Part shown: piece after piece, positions 1 through 8,117 of the stretch
Layout of the letters: each line of letters opens with the position of its first letter
Position numbering within the stretch: the first letter of the stretch is position 1
DNA from: Candidatus Pelagibacter ubique HTCC1062
Lineage (GTDB): Bacteria; Pseudomonadota; Alphaproteobacteria; Pelagibacterales; Pelagibacteraceae
DNA length: 32,000 nucleotides
Assembly: GCF_000012345.1 (NCBI RefSeq)
Contig: NC_007205.1
Coordinates: forward strand, 180,001-212,000
Direction of reading: 5' to 3'
Notes under the pieces: generated by a model
The model's database searches: none
What the model was told of the DNA's origin: nothing
What the model saw: only the letters and a program-made list of their open reading frames with translations
Program-made: the position numbers and the translations under genes

Positions 1-753
1 AGATTTATTGATATCTTAAGGTTAAGAAACTTTTTTAACTCTTTTAATTTTGATCAAATCTTTATTTTTTATCCAAGTGTAAGAATTTATCTAGCCTCAG
101 TTTTATCTAATATTAAGAAAGTTTTTTGCTATCCATTATTCAAGAAAAATAAATTACATTTGGTTGATGCTGCAAAAAAATTCACTGAAAAATCTTTGGG
201 AATAACTGATTGCTCAACTGAAACAAACTATTTCATTAAAGAAAATAAGATACAAAATATAAAAAAAAACATAGACACAAAAAAATTTACAATTGTTATT
301 GGAGCTGGATCTTCTGGACCTACAACAAAGTGGGGTGCTAAAAATTATTCCAACTTGATAAACAAACTCAACAATAATGGAGATTATTATTTTTTTATTC
401 TTTGTGGTCCAAAGGATAAAGATTTGTCCAATGAAATTACAAATAATATTAAAAGTAATAACTATGTTTCATTATACGATAAAAAGATAGAAGAAGTTAT
501 TCCATTTCTATGTTCGGCCAACATGTATGTTGGTAATGATTCATTTGGATCTCATATAACAGTTCAGTCAGGAATAAAAAGTTTAGTAATACTCTTAGAT
601 TCTCCTAAAGCATACACAGATTATAGTAAAAATTATCAGAGAATATTTCCAGAAAATATTAAAATTGAAAATATAACTCATGGATCAAATTTAAACCCAA
701 ACGATGTATCTGTTGAGAAAGTCTATCAAGAAATTCTTAATAATAAATTCTAG
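1..753 (+). CDS. Glycosyltransferase family 9 (heptosyltransferase-like), 5'-truncated by the window edge
   Basis: Frame 1 is open from nt 1 (RFIDILRLRNFF...). The TTG at 160 in the ORF track is therefore probably internal. The C-terminal half carries GT9-like motifs (VIGAGSSGPTTKWG, LCGPKD, MYVGNDSFGSHI). Stop is TAG at 751-753. Confidence 0.6.
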   Translation, partial: RFIDILRLRNFFNSFNFDQIFIFYPSVRIYLASVLSNIKKVFCYPLFKKNKLHLVDAAKKFTEKSLGITDCSTETNYFIKENKIQNIKKNIDTKKFTIVIGAGSSGPTTKWGAKNYSNLINKLNNNGDYYFFILCGPKDKDLSNEITNNIKSNNYVSLYDKKIEEVIPFLCSANMYVGNDSFGSHITVQSGIKSLVILLDSPKAYTDYSKNYQRIFPENIKIENITHGSNLNPNDVSVEKVYQEILNNKF

Positions 754-1286
754 ACTAAATTTTTTAAAACTACTTCCTTTGCTTCGTTTACAATCATCGA
801 TAATCTTGTGGTCTCTGGTGAAATATCAGGATGTATTTTTTTTTGGATTTTTATGTATGCTTTTTGAACATCATCTTTAGTAATTTTTTTTTTAATATCT
901 AAGTTTAAGATCTTATAAGCCTCTTCTATAGTTATTGTGGAAGAATTTTTAATATTTTGATTTTGGTTAAATGAAAATCTCCCAGAGTTTCTAAGTGTTT
1001 GTATAAGTCTAAATAAACCAATTAATTGAAATATTGAAAACCCCTTTAGTTTAACTAAAGCTAAGCTAAGCAAAGTAAGTGGTATACTTAACAAAAACTT
1101 GCCAGCAACAAAAAGCAATATTGCCAAAATTATTAAACCTAAAAAAATTAATTTTCTTAAATGTTTTGATATTTTTTTTGATGAAGTATTCGCTACTAAT
1201 TTAAGTAAAAAGTAAGTAATTCCCAAAAAAATTAGTGTATAAATAATAATATTCATATATTTAATTTGTATCCATGAAAATACCAC
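750..1286 (-). CDS. Membrane-anchored J-domain protein (DnaJ-like; Tim14/Pam18- or DjlA-like architecture)
   Basis: There are about 3 N-terminal hydrophobic helices (IIIYTLIFLGITYFLL, LIFLGLIILAILLFVAG, IPLTLLSLALV). A short C-terminal J domain follows, with the HPD motif (EEAYKILNL...KAYIKIQKKIHPD...VNEAKEVV). An alternative ATG at 1256 (MNIIIY) would avoid the overlap with ptrB. Confidence 0.7.
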   Translation of the reverse strand: MVFSWIQIKYMNIIIYTLIFLGITYFLLKLVANTSSKKISKHLRKLIFLGLIILAILLFVAGKFLLSIPLTLLSLALVKLKGFSIFQLIGLFRLIQTLRNSGRFSFNQNQNIKNSSTITIEEAYKILNLDIKKKITKDDVQKAYIKIQKKIHPDISPETTRLSMIVNEAKEVVLKNLV

Positions 1287-3349
1287 ATCTTAAAAAAAAA
1301 TCAGAAATAAAAACGTGCCATAACATTAGTTGGGAAGATGATTATAGTTGGATACATCAAGATGATATCTTGGAGGTTTTAAAGGATAGCAAAAAATTAA
1401 ACCCTGAAGTCAGAAAATATCTTGAAGAAGAAAACTCTTATACTGATTTTCACTTATCAGATACCAAGACCATTCAAAAAAAATTATTTGATGAAATCAA
1501 AGGAAGAATAAAATTAGATGATGAGTCTTTACCTTTTAAAGATTTTGATTATGAATATTGGTCAAAAACAACTACCAAAGGAAATTATTCCATAAAATTA
1601 AGGAAAAAAATCGGAACTAACAATATTGAAGAAATTTGGAATGGAGATGAAGAAAAAGAAAAACTAAAAGTAGAATACTTTGGTGTTGGAGATTTGGAGG
1701 TTAGTTTTAATGACAAATATTTGGGATACTCTTTAGATACAAAGGGTTCTGAATATTACACAATATATATTAGAGATATAAATACAAAAAAATTAGTTAC
1801 TGAAAAGATTGAGGAAACATCAGGTAGCATAACTTTCAGTTTAGATGATCAGTATGTTTTTTATTCAAAACTTGATGAAAATCATAGACCAAGAAAAATT
1901 TATAGACACAAATTAGGTACTAAAGTTAGTGAAGATCAATTAATTTTCGAAGAAAAAAGTGAAGCCTTTACGGTTGGAATTGGTTTAAGTGCAGATGATA
2001 AATATTTCTTTATCAACTCTTCAGACCATAATACATCTGAGCAATATTACTTTGATGTTAATGAAAAAGATCCCAAACCTAAATTAATAAAAAAAAGACA
2101 AAGAGGAATTCTTTATTCTGTCAATTCTTGGGATGGTAAATTTTACAATCATACTAATGAAAATGCTGAAGATTTTAAAATAGACATAAGTAATAGTTTG
2201 GAAAAACCAGACTGGAAAACCTTTATTGCTGCAAAAGATGAGGTTCTAATTGGAGGTTTAACATTCTTAAAAAATTGGATCATTAGATCTGAAACTTCAG
2301 ATGCTTTAGATAAATTATTTGTAAAAAATATTACAACTGGAATAGAAGAAGAATTAATTTTTTCTGATGAAACTGTATATGTTCCTGGTGCCTCTTTGAT
2401 GCAAAGAGATAAAAATACAGATGAGATATATATAAGTTATTCTTCACCCAAGACGCAGTCTAGAGTTTATTCTTATAACTTAAGCACAAAAGAAAAAAAA
2501 TTAGTTAAAGAACAAGAGATCCCATCCGGTCATAATCCTGATGACTACATTGTAGAAAGAGTAGATTGTAAATCACACGATGGAAGACTGGTTCCTCTTA
2601 CAATTACAAGACACAAAAATACTAAAATGGATGGAAGTGCTCAATTGCTACTTTATGGTTATGGATCATATGGGAGTTCTATGAGCCCTAGTTTTTCTAC
2701 TACTAGATTAAGTTTGATTAATAGAGATATCATCTGGGTTACAGCCCATATTAGAGGGGGTATGGAAAGAGGTATGAAGTGGTGGAAAGAAGGAAAGCTG
2801 CTGAATAAAAAAAATACTTTTGAAGATTATATTGCTTCTGCAAAATACTTAATTGAAAATAAATATACTTCAAAAAATCAAATAATAGGTATGGGTGGCT
2901 CCGCAGGTGGTCTTCTTATGGGTGCTGTAGTTAATCAAGCCCCGGAATTATTTCTAGGAATTATAATGGCAGTACCATTTGTAGACTCTCTGACAACTAA
3001 TCTAGATCACTCTTTACCTTTAACAGTTGGAGAATTCGATGAGTTTGGAAATGCAAAAGATAAAAAAGATCACTTTGATTATATTTATTCTTATGCTCCC
3101 TATAATAATATTAAGAAAATGGATTATCCTCATATGTTGATCACAACAAGTTTAAGCGACAACAGAGTATTGTTTGATGAACCAGCAAAATTTACTGCCA
3201 AACTAAGAGAATATAAAACTGATAATAATTTATTGCTTTTAAAAACTGAAATGAACGCAGGTCATGGTGGTAAATCAGGTAGAGATGGGGCTATAGAAGA
3301 AATTGCACTAGATTATGCATTTGCATTAAAAATTTCTAAAAAAATTTAG
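1274..3349 (+). CDS. ptrB: Oligopeptidase B / protease II (S9A prolyl oligopeptidase family)
   Basis: The 691-aa product has an N-terminal beta-propeller region and a C-terminal alpha/beta hydrolase domain with the serine nucleophile motif GGSAGGLLMG. The NAGHGG motif lies near the C-terminus. The N-terminus (H.ISWEDDYSWI) is typical of PtrB. Confidence 0.9.
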   Translation: MKIPHLKKKSEIKTCHNISWEDDYSWIHQDDILEVLKDSKKLNPEVRKYLEEENSYTDFHLSDTKTIQKKLFDEIKGRIKLDDESLPFKDFDYEYWSKTTTKGNYSIKLRKKIGTNNIEEIWNGDEEKEKLKVEYFGVGDLEVSFNDKYLGYSLDTKGSEYYTIYIRDINTKKLVTEKIEETSGSITFSLDDQYVFYSKLDENHRPRKIYRHKLGTKVSEDQLIFEEKSEAFTVGIGLSADDKYFFINSSDHNTSEQYYFDVNEKDPKPKLIKKRQRGILYSVNSWDGKFYNHTNENAEDFKIDISNSLEKPDWKTFIAAKDEVLIGGLTFLKNWIIRSETSDALDKLFVKNITTGIEEELIFSDETVYVPGASLMQRDKNTDEIYISYSSPKTQSRVYSYNLSTKEKKLVKEQEIPSGHNPDDYIVERVDCKSHDGRLVPLTITRHKNTKMDGSAQLLLYGYGSYGSSMSPSFSTTRLSLINRDIIWVTAHIRGGMERGMKWWKEGKLLNKKNTFEDYIASAKYLIENKYTSKNQIIGMGGSAGGLLMGAVVNQAPELFLGIIMAVPFVDSLTTNLDHSLPLTVGEFDEFGNAKDKKDHFDYIYSYAPYNNIKKMDYPHMLITTSLSDNRVLFDEPAKFTAKLREYKTDNNLLLLKTEMNAGHGGKSGRDGAIEEIALDYAFALKISKKI

Positions 3350-3358
3350 TCGTCCTAT

Positions 3359-3387
3359 CTTGAAATTTTTAGCATAATTCCTAAATA
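3359..3387 (+). promoter_or_regulatory. Sigma32 (RpoH)-type heat-shock promoter candidate
   Basis: CTTGAAA (3359-3365), a 14-nt spacer, then CCTAAATA (3380-3387). The E. coli-type consensus is CTTGAAA-N13-14-CCCCATNT. It sits directly upstream of an ibpA-like sHSP gene. Confidence 0.55.
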
Positions 3388-3393
3388 ACATAC

Positions 3394-3459
3394 GTAAGTC
3401 GCCTAATGGGGCTTACTAAATTAACCTTGCTAACAAAGGAGGAAACTATGACAAGTAGG
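3394..3459 (+). promoter_or_regulatory. ROSE-like RNA thermometer candidate in the sHSP 5' leader
   Basis: Hairpin 1 is GUAAGUC (3394-3400) / GGCUUAC (3409-3415), 7 bp including one G-U pair. The SD hairpin has anti-SD CCUUGCU (3425-3431), loop AACAA, and SD AGGAGG (3437-3442). Its pairs are U:A, C:G, G*G, U:A, U:G, C:G. This matches the conserved ROSE motif U(U/C)GCU opposite the SD, including the G*G mismatch. ATG is at 3448. Confidence 0.5.
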
Positions 3460-3894
3460 GATCTATCTATATTTAACACTCTAAGACCTTTTTCAATTGG
3501 ATTTGACGATATGTTTGACCAATTTGAAAATATGTTGGGAAATGGAGGGTTAACTATGCAGTCCAATTATCCACCGTACAACATTAGAAAAACTGGAAAA
3601 GACAACTACGCTATTGAAGTTGCTTTAGCTGGTTTTAATAAAAATGATGTAGAGGTGGAGTTTGAAGACAATTTATTAACTGTAAGAACTAAACAGGTTG
3701 ATAAATCTGAGGACAAATCTGATGATGGTGAAATTATTCATAAAGGTATTTCACAAAGACAATTTGCAAGATCATTTACAATCGCTGAGGATGTGAAAGT
3801 TAATGGTGCTGAATTAAAAGATGGTCTTTTAACAATTGCCTGTGAAAGAATTGTACCTGAATATAAAAAGAAAAAACTTATTGAAATTAAATAA
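3448..3894 (+). CDS. ibpA: Small heat shock protein, Hsp20/alpha-crystallin family (IbpA-like)
   Basis: It is collinear with IbpA as I recall it: FDDMFDQFEN...GGYPPYNI...NYAIEVALAGF...DVEVEFEDNLLTV...GISQRQFARSF.....V.GA.L.DGLL.I...R..PE..K...IEI. I place the start at ATG 3448, 5 nt after AGGAGG. The track's 3406 start has no SD. Confidence 0.9.
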   Translation: MTSRDLSIFNTLRPFSIGFDDMFDQFENMLGNGGLTMQSNYPPYNIRKTGKDNYAIEVALAGFNKNDVEVEFEDNLLTVRTKQVDKSEDKSDDGEIIHKGISQRQFARSFTIAEDVKVNGAELKDGLLTIACERIVPEYKKKKLIEIK

Positions 3895-3904
3895 GTAAAA
3901 ACCT

Positions 3905-3942
3905 TACTTGTGGGGTACATTCCCCACAAGTATTAAGTTTTT
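3905..3942. terminator. Bidirectional rho-independent terminator between convergent ibpA and the lipoprotein gene
   Basis: An 11-bp GC-rich stem, TACTTGTGGGG (3905-3915) / CCCCACAAGTA (3922-3932), with loop TACATT. T-runs occur a few nt downstream on both strands (GTTTTT on +, GGTTTTT on -). It stands out strongly in AT-rich DNA. Confidence 0.75.
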
Positions 3943-4246
3943 AAAAACAACCGTTTGAAACAAAACCAATCACTATAGAATTAGAATCTACCTCAAATCT
4001 TCTTTCGCAAAGTATTCCATATTTTTTGGTGTTGTAAACAAGCTCTAAGTTACCTTTATCATTTTTAAAATCTTCATCTGGCTTACCTAATTCCATTTGC
4101 AAATTGCTTGAAGTTTTTCCAATGTATTCACTTAACTTAGCATTTTCTTTTTCAACAATTGCGTCTGTTTTATTTTTGATTGTTTGACAGCCGGCAACAA
4201 GAGTTAAAAAAAATAAGCTTATTAAAATAAATTTTAATTTATGCAT
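3941..4246 (-). CDS. Small lipoprotein of unknown function (possibly a BamE/SmpA-OmlA-like fold)
   Basis: Signal peptide plus lipobox (FFLTLVAGC|Q). The mature part contains GKTSSNLQMELGKPD, which is reminiscent of BamE-like lipoproteins. There are two further Cys residues. Length is 101 aa. Confidence 0.55.
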   Translation of the reverse strand: MHKLKFILISLFFLTLVAGCQTIKNKTDAIVEKENAKLSEYIGKTSSNLQMELGKPDEDFKNDKGNLELVYNTKKYGILCERRFEVDSNSIVIGFVSNGCF

Positions 4247-4377
4247 GCTTCAATGATAACACTCAAAATATGGCATAAATATAAACTTATAAGTTGAAAT
4301 ATGTTGATAAACTTAGATTTTTAAGAGTAATTTCTTAATTAATCTAATATTAGTCCATCTTAATCTTAGGAGGATCA

Positions 4378-5688
4378 ATGTTAGAAAAATATTTCGACTA
4401 TAAAAAACACAAGACCGATTTTAAAACAGAAGTAATAGCTGGTGTAACAACATTTTTGACAATGGCTTACATTATGTTTTTAAATCCATTTATACTATCA
4501 GGTGAATTTGCTGGACCAGAAAAAGGGTTCTTTGAATTTGGAGCAGTATACACGGCAACAATTGTTGCAACAGCGCTTGCTTGTTTCATAATGGCATTTT
4601 ATGGAAAAACATGGCCGATAGGTTTGGCGCCAGGTATGGGAATTAATGCATTCGTTGCATTTGGTGTTTGTGCTGGAATGGGCTATACGCCTCAAGAAGC
4701 TTTAGGAGCTGTACTAGTTGCTGGGGTTTTATTCTTAATCATTTCATTAACACCTATCAGAGCGTGGTTAATTAATTCAATTCCAAGAAGTTTAAAATTA
4801 GGAATTGGCGCTGGTATAGGATTATTCTTAGCAATAATTGGACTTCAGATCATGGAAGTTGTTGTTGATAACCCAGTAACATTAGTTCAATTAGGTGACT
4901 TGAGTGATCCCCTTGTTCTATTGGGTTGTGCAGCATTTATTTTGATGGTTGTTCTTGAAAAAATGAAAGTTAAGGGAAATATCATTATTGGTATTTTACT
5001 ATTCAGTATTATTGCATGGGCTACTGGACTTGCTAAATTTAATGGAATTGCAAGCTCACCACCTCCAATGACTTATCTATTTGATTTTGATTTATCAGCA
5101 GCATTAACAGCTGGTATGACAACTGTAGTGTTTACTTTATTATTTGTTGATTTCTTTGATACTGCAGGAACATTAACTTCAGTAGCAAACGTTGCTGGTA
5201 AGGTTGATAAAAATGGTAAAGTTAAAGACATTGAAAAAGCGATGATGGCTGACAGTGTTGGAACTGTAGCGGGTGCAATGATGGGAACAACAACTGTAAC
5301 TAGTTATGTTGAGTCTGGTGCTGGTGTAAAAGCTGGTGGAAAAACAGGAATGACCTCTTTAGTAATTGGTCTTCTGTTTTTAGCTTGTATATTCTTTGCT
5401 CCTTTAGCAACAAGTTTACCTAAGCAAATTGATGGTGCAGCTTTAGTATTTGTTTCTGTTCTTTTTGTTAGAAACATAACTGATATTGAATGGGATGATA
5501 TTGGTGAAGCAGCTCCTGCTATTCTTGCTATGATTGCTATGCCGTTAACATATAGTATTAGTAATGGTATTGCTTTAGCATTTGTATCATACGCATTAAT
5601 CAGATTATTTACTGGTAAGTTTTCTTCAACTTCACCAGCGATATGGATTATTGCAATTTTGAGTGTTGTAAGTTTTGCAGTTGCTTAA
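4378..5688 (+). CDS. NCS2/AzgA-family purine (adenine/guanine/hypoxanthine) permease
   Basis: The N-terminus (F....T.F.TEVIAGVTTFLTMAYIMFLNP) is typical of PbuG/GhxP/AdeP-type permeases. The protein is polytopic and 436 aa long. A strong SD, AGGAGG (4368-4373), lies 4 nt before the ATG. Confidence 0.85.
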   Translation: MLEKYFDYKKHKTDFKTEVIAGVTTFLTMAYIMFLNPFILSGEFAGPEKGFFEFGAVYTATIVATALACFIMAFYGKTWPIGLAPGMGINAFVAFGVCAGMGYTPQEALGAVLVAGVLFLIISLTPIRAWLINSIPRSLKLGIGAGIGLFLAIIGLQIMEVVVDNPVTLVQLGDLSDPLVLLGCAAFILMVVLEKMKVKGNIIIGILLFSIIAWATGLAKFNGIASSPPPMTYLFDFDLSAALTAGMTTVVFTLLFVDFFDTAGTLTSVANVAGKVDKNGKVKDIEKAMMADSVGTVAGAMMGTTTVTSYVESGAGVKAGGKTGMTSLVIGLLFLACIFFAPLATSLPKQIDGAALVFVSVLFVRNITDIEWDDIGEAAPAILAMIAMPLTYSISNGIALAFVSYALIRLFTGKFSSTSPAIWIIAILSVVSFAVA

Positions 5689-5700
5689 AATATAATTTTT

Positions 5701-5733
5701 AGGGCTGGAATTATTCCAGCCCTATTTATTTTT
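5701..5733 (+). terminator. Rho-independent terminator after the purine permease gene
   Basis: Stem AGGGCTGG(AA) (5701-5710) / (TT)CCAGCCCT (5714-5723), followed by ATTTATTTTT. The 3' arm contains the stop codon (5722-5724) of the convergent PRTase gene. Confidence 0.7.
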
Positions 5734-6258
5734 CTTAATTATTTCTTCCATAGACATCTCTTCATAATGTTCCGTAGGCTGAACAATCCATGGATCTGAA
5801 TCAAGTTTTACTGGACAAAAATCTGGCTCAAATGTGGATGATTTTTTTTTCCATAAACAGGCTGTTTTAACTTCATTTATATAATCTTTAGTTGGTTCAT
5901 AATTCTTTAACCACTCAATACTTTTGTTTAAAGTTAATCCTGTGTCAGATAAATCATCTACTAATAAAACTTTATTAAAATCTTTATTCTCAGCTAAAGA
6001 ACTAATTTCTCTTGCAAACATTAATTGACCCTGTTTATCTTCCATTCCTTTTCCTGAATAACTTTGGATAACTATATAAGCTATAGGTAATTTTAAAATT
6101 CTAGAGAGGATATCTAGTATAGGAGCAGCCCCTCTCATAATGCCTACTAGTACTGTTGGCTTATAATTATTGTGAATTTCTATTGCTAGTTTTTCTACAA
6201 TTTTTGTATACTGATCAAAAGTGATAATTAATTTCTCTGCCATAAAATTCATTATCAT
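5722..6258 (-). CDS. Purine phosphoribosyltransferase (Gpt/Hpt-like, type I PRTase)
   Basis: PRPP-binding loop VLLVDDLSDTGLTL, the motif VGIMRGAAP, and a C-terminal DPWIVQP resembling Gpt (W.EQPWD). Several in-frame ATGs occur at the N-terminus (MIMNFMAEK), so the exact start is uncertain. Confidence 0.8.
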   Translation of the reverse strand: MIMNFMAEKLIITFDQYTKIVEKLAIEIHNNYKPTVLVGIMRGAAPILDILSRILKLPIAYIVIQSYSGKGMEDKQGQLMFAREISSLAENKDFNKVLLVDDLSDTGLTLNKSIEWLKNYEPTKDYINEVKTACLWKKKSSTFEPDFCPVKLDSDPWIVQPTEHYEEMSMEEIIKKNK

Positions 6259-6286
6259 ATAAAAAATTATTTAAAAAGGAGAAATA

Positions 6287-6583
6287 ATGAAAGCCTACTG
6301 GATCGCTTTATACAAAAGAATAGATAGCCAAGAAAATTTAAAAAATTATGGGGCAAAAGTTACTGGAATAATAAAAAGTTATGGAGGAAAGCCCCTTGTA
6401 AGAGGTGGAAAATTTGAAACTTTAGAGGGTGAAACTTACCCAAGAACTGTAATTTGGGAATTTCCAAATTATGAGCAAGCTATGAAGTGTCACGATTCTA
6501 AAGAGTATCAAGATGGTTGGGCTATAGCTAGAGATACTACTGAGCGAAACCTACAAATAGTAGAAGGTTTTAGTACTGAATAG
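6287..6583 (+). CDS. DUF1330 domain protein
   Basis: A 98-aa protein with the typical DUF1330 pattern (Y.I......D.E....Y......II..YGGK.LVRGG....LEG.....R.VI.EFP....A...H.S.EYQ). An SD, AAGGAG, lies upstream. Confidence 0.75.
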   Translation: MKAYWIALYKRIDSQENLKNYGAKVTGIIKSYGGKPLVRGGKFETLEGETYPRTVIWEFPNYEQAMKCHDSKEYQDGWAIARDTTERNLQIVEGFSTE

Positions 6584-7205
6584 GTTCTGGATCTATGCTT
6601 CTCCATAAATACCAAGTTGCAACTGAACAGTATGGACTAAATCTTTTGTTTAATAATTTTACATAAGATTCAGGTGGTAGATATTTTTTTTTATAATTTT
6701 TTGAAATTCCTCTTAAAAGACCAATATCTTGTATAGGCCAAATATTTGACCGATTATAAGTAAACAATAAAATCATTTCAGCTGACCATCTTCCAATTTG
6801 TCTTAACTGAGATAAATAAATAATAGCCTCTTCATCTGACATCTTGGGAATTAATCTAGGATTAAATGATTTATCTAATATTTGTTTAGCCAAACTTTTT
6901 ATTCCCCTAACCTTTTGTCCACTTAATCCACAGCTTTTAAGTTGGACAGAAGAAAGTTTAGAGACTGTTTTTGCATTAATCTTATTTTTACATTTCTTTT
7001 TAAATTTCAAAAAAACTGAGTTAGCTGCAGCAACACTGATTTGTTGTCCAATGATACTCTTGCATAATGAAAAAAATATATCTTTTCTAGATGTAAGCAC
7101 AGCCTCTGAAGGAGATTTATATTTATTTATCAATGATGACATTACTTTATCTTTATTGGATAAATATTTTTTTGCCGTATTCCAATATTTTGGTTTTTTA
7201 TTCAT
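6570..7205 (-). CDS. DNA-3-methyladenine glycosylase II-like base-excision enzyme (HhH-GPD superfamily, AlkA-like)
   Basis: The helix-hairpin-helix region is LKSCGLSGQKVRGIKSLA. The catalytic-Asp region is IWPIQDIGLLRG, and GRWSAEMILLF is also present. Length is 211 aa. Confidence 0.75.
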   Translation of the reverse strand: MNKKPKYWNTAKKYLSNKDKVMSSLINKYKSPSEAVLTSRKDIFFSLCKSIIGQQISVAAANSVFLKFKKKCKNKINAKTVSKLSSVQLKSCGLSGQKVRGIKSLAKQILDKSFNPRLIPKMSDEEAIIYLSQLRQIGRWSAEMILLFTYNRSNIWPIQDIGLLRGISKNYKKKYLPPESYVKLLNKRFSPYCSVATWYLWRSIDPEPIQY

Positions 7206-8082
7206 GTCTAGTCGTTGATGGTATTTTTTGTTTATGATAAATTTCTCTTCTAAAAATTATAAGAGATGCAAGAACTACAAGCGATGCACCAATTAGTGTT
7301 TTTATAGTTGGTATCTCATTCCAAATAAAATAACCAAAAAATATAGCAAATACCAAAGCTAAATATTTTAAAGGTGCTACCAAAGATACTTCTGAAAGTT
7401 TATATGATTGAGTTAAAAATAAATTTGCAGAACCTCCTGTTACTCCAATTAAAGCTAAAAGAATAAAGTCTTGAAAATTTGGCATTTTCCATCCCATTGG
7501 AATTGTGGCCAAGCCAGCAATTGAAATAGTAATTGTAAAAAAAATTGATATAAGCCAAATAGGTTCTGTTGTTGATAGCTTTCTAATTGTGATGGTTACA
7601 AAAGCCATTCCAATACAAAATATTAGAGGAAGGAAATAAAGATAATTCATACCCTTAAAGCCAGGCTCAGCAATTATAATAACACCTATAAATCCAATTA
7701 AGACAGCTAACCATCTAAAAATACCCACTTTTTCACTTAATAGAAAAATTGATAATACAGTAATAAATAATGGTGCCGCATACGACAGGCTGACAACGAC
7801 TGCCAAAGGAAGTTCTCTTAACGCAACAACTATTGCTATCAAGGCCATTAAACCCATAAGGCATCTGAATAAATGTTCTTTTGATCTTTCAGTTGTATAA
7901 AAAGTTTTTAATTTACCTTTTGGAATTAAAAAATATGTGGGCAACAGACCAAAAAAGCCTCTAAAAAATAAAACTTCCCCAGTTGGATAGTCGCTTGACC
8001 ATTTTACCAGCAAATCCATAACAGAAAAGGTGCATACAGATAGAAACATGTACAAAAAACCTAATTGATTTTTAGTTAGCAT
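7198..8082 (-). CDS. EamA/DMT-superfamily transporter
   Basis: A 294-aa protein with about 10 TM helices arranged as two EamA-like repeats. Its stop overlaps the alkA-like start by 8 nt. Confidence 0.8.
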   Translation of the reverse strand: MLTKNQLGFLYMFLSVCTFSVMDLLVKWSSDYPTGEVLFFRGFFGLLPTYFLIPKGKLKTFYTTERSKEHLFRCLMGLMALIAIVVALRELPLAVVVSLSYAAPLFITVLSIFLLSEKVGIFRWLAVLIGFIGVIIIAEPGFKGMNYLYFLPLIFCIGMAFVTITIRKLSTTEPIWLISIFFTITISIAGLATIPMGWKMPNFQDFILLALIGVTGGSANLFLTQSYKLSEVSLVAPLKYLALVFAIFFGYFIWNEIPTIKTLIGASLVVLASLIIFRREIYHKQKIPSTTRHE

Positions 8083-8117
8083 AGCAATAATTTGTAAATC
8101 AAATTAAAGTATAATCA

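Noticed and set aside
3381-3929. Two minus-strand ORFs (3381-3566 and 3738-3929) overlapping ibpA, and the track's ATG 3406 start for ibpA
   Set aside because: The minus ORFs are shadows of a strongly conserved sHSP gene. The 3406 start has no SD and would place the candidate thermometer and SD inside coding sequence. ATG 3448 follows AGGAGG and matches IbpA length.
4253-4297. 14-codon uORF (MITLKIWHKYKLIS) upstream of the permease
   Set aside because: It is too short to distinguish from chance, has no SD, and shows no resemblance to known leader peptides.
4247-4377. Possible purine riboswitch upstream of the purine permease (the AUAUGGCA string resembles the purine-riboswitch P2/L2 region)
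   Set aside because: I could not build the three-way junction. There is no convincing P1 (only ACUC/GAGU), no P3 with a CCG...CGG-type stem, and no J3-1 specificity context. The similarity is an 8-mer in AT-rich DNA. A covariance-model scan would settle it.
4498-4695. 65-aa Cys-rich minus-strand ORF inside the purine permease gene
   Set aside because: It is an antisense shadow of a conserved polytopic transporter. The composition (C/R/S/T-rich) is typical of the reverse frame of Ala/Gly-rich TM segments.
6844-7218. 124-aa plus-strand ORF in the six-frame track
   Set aside because: It lies entirely antisense to the well-supported AlkA-like gene. The sequence is low-complexity and Leu/Phe-rich, as expected from the reverse frame of an AT-rich, Lys/Asn/Glu-rich gene. 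It has no motifs and no RBS.
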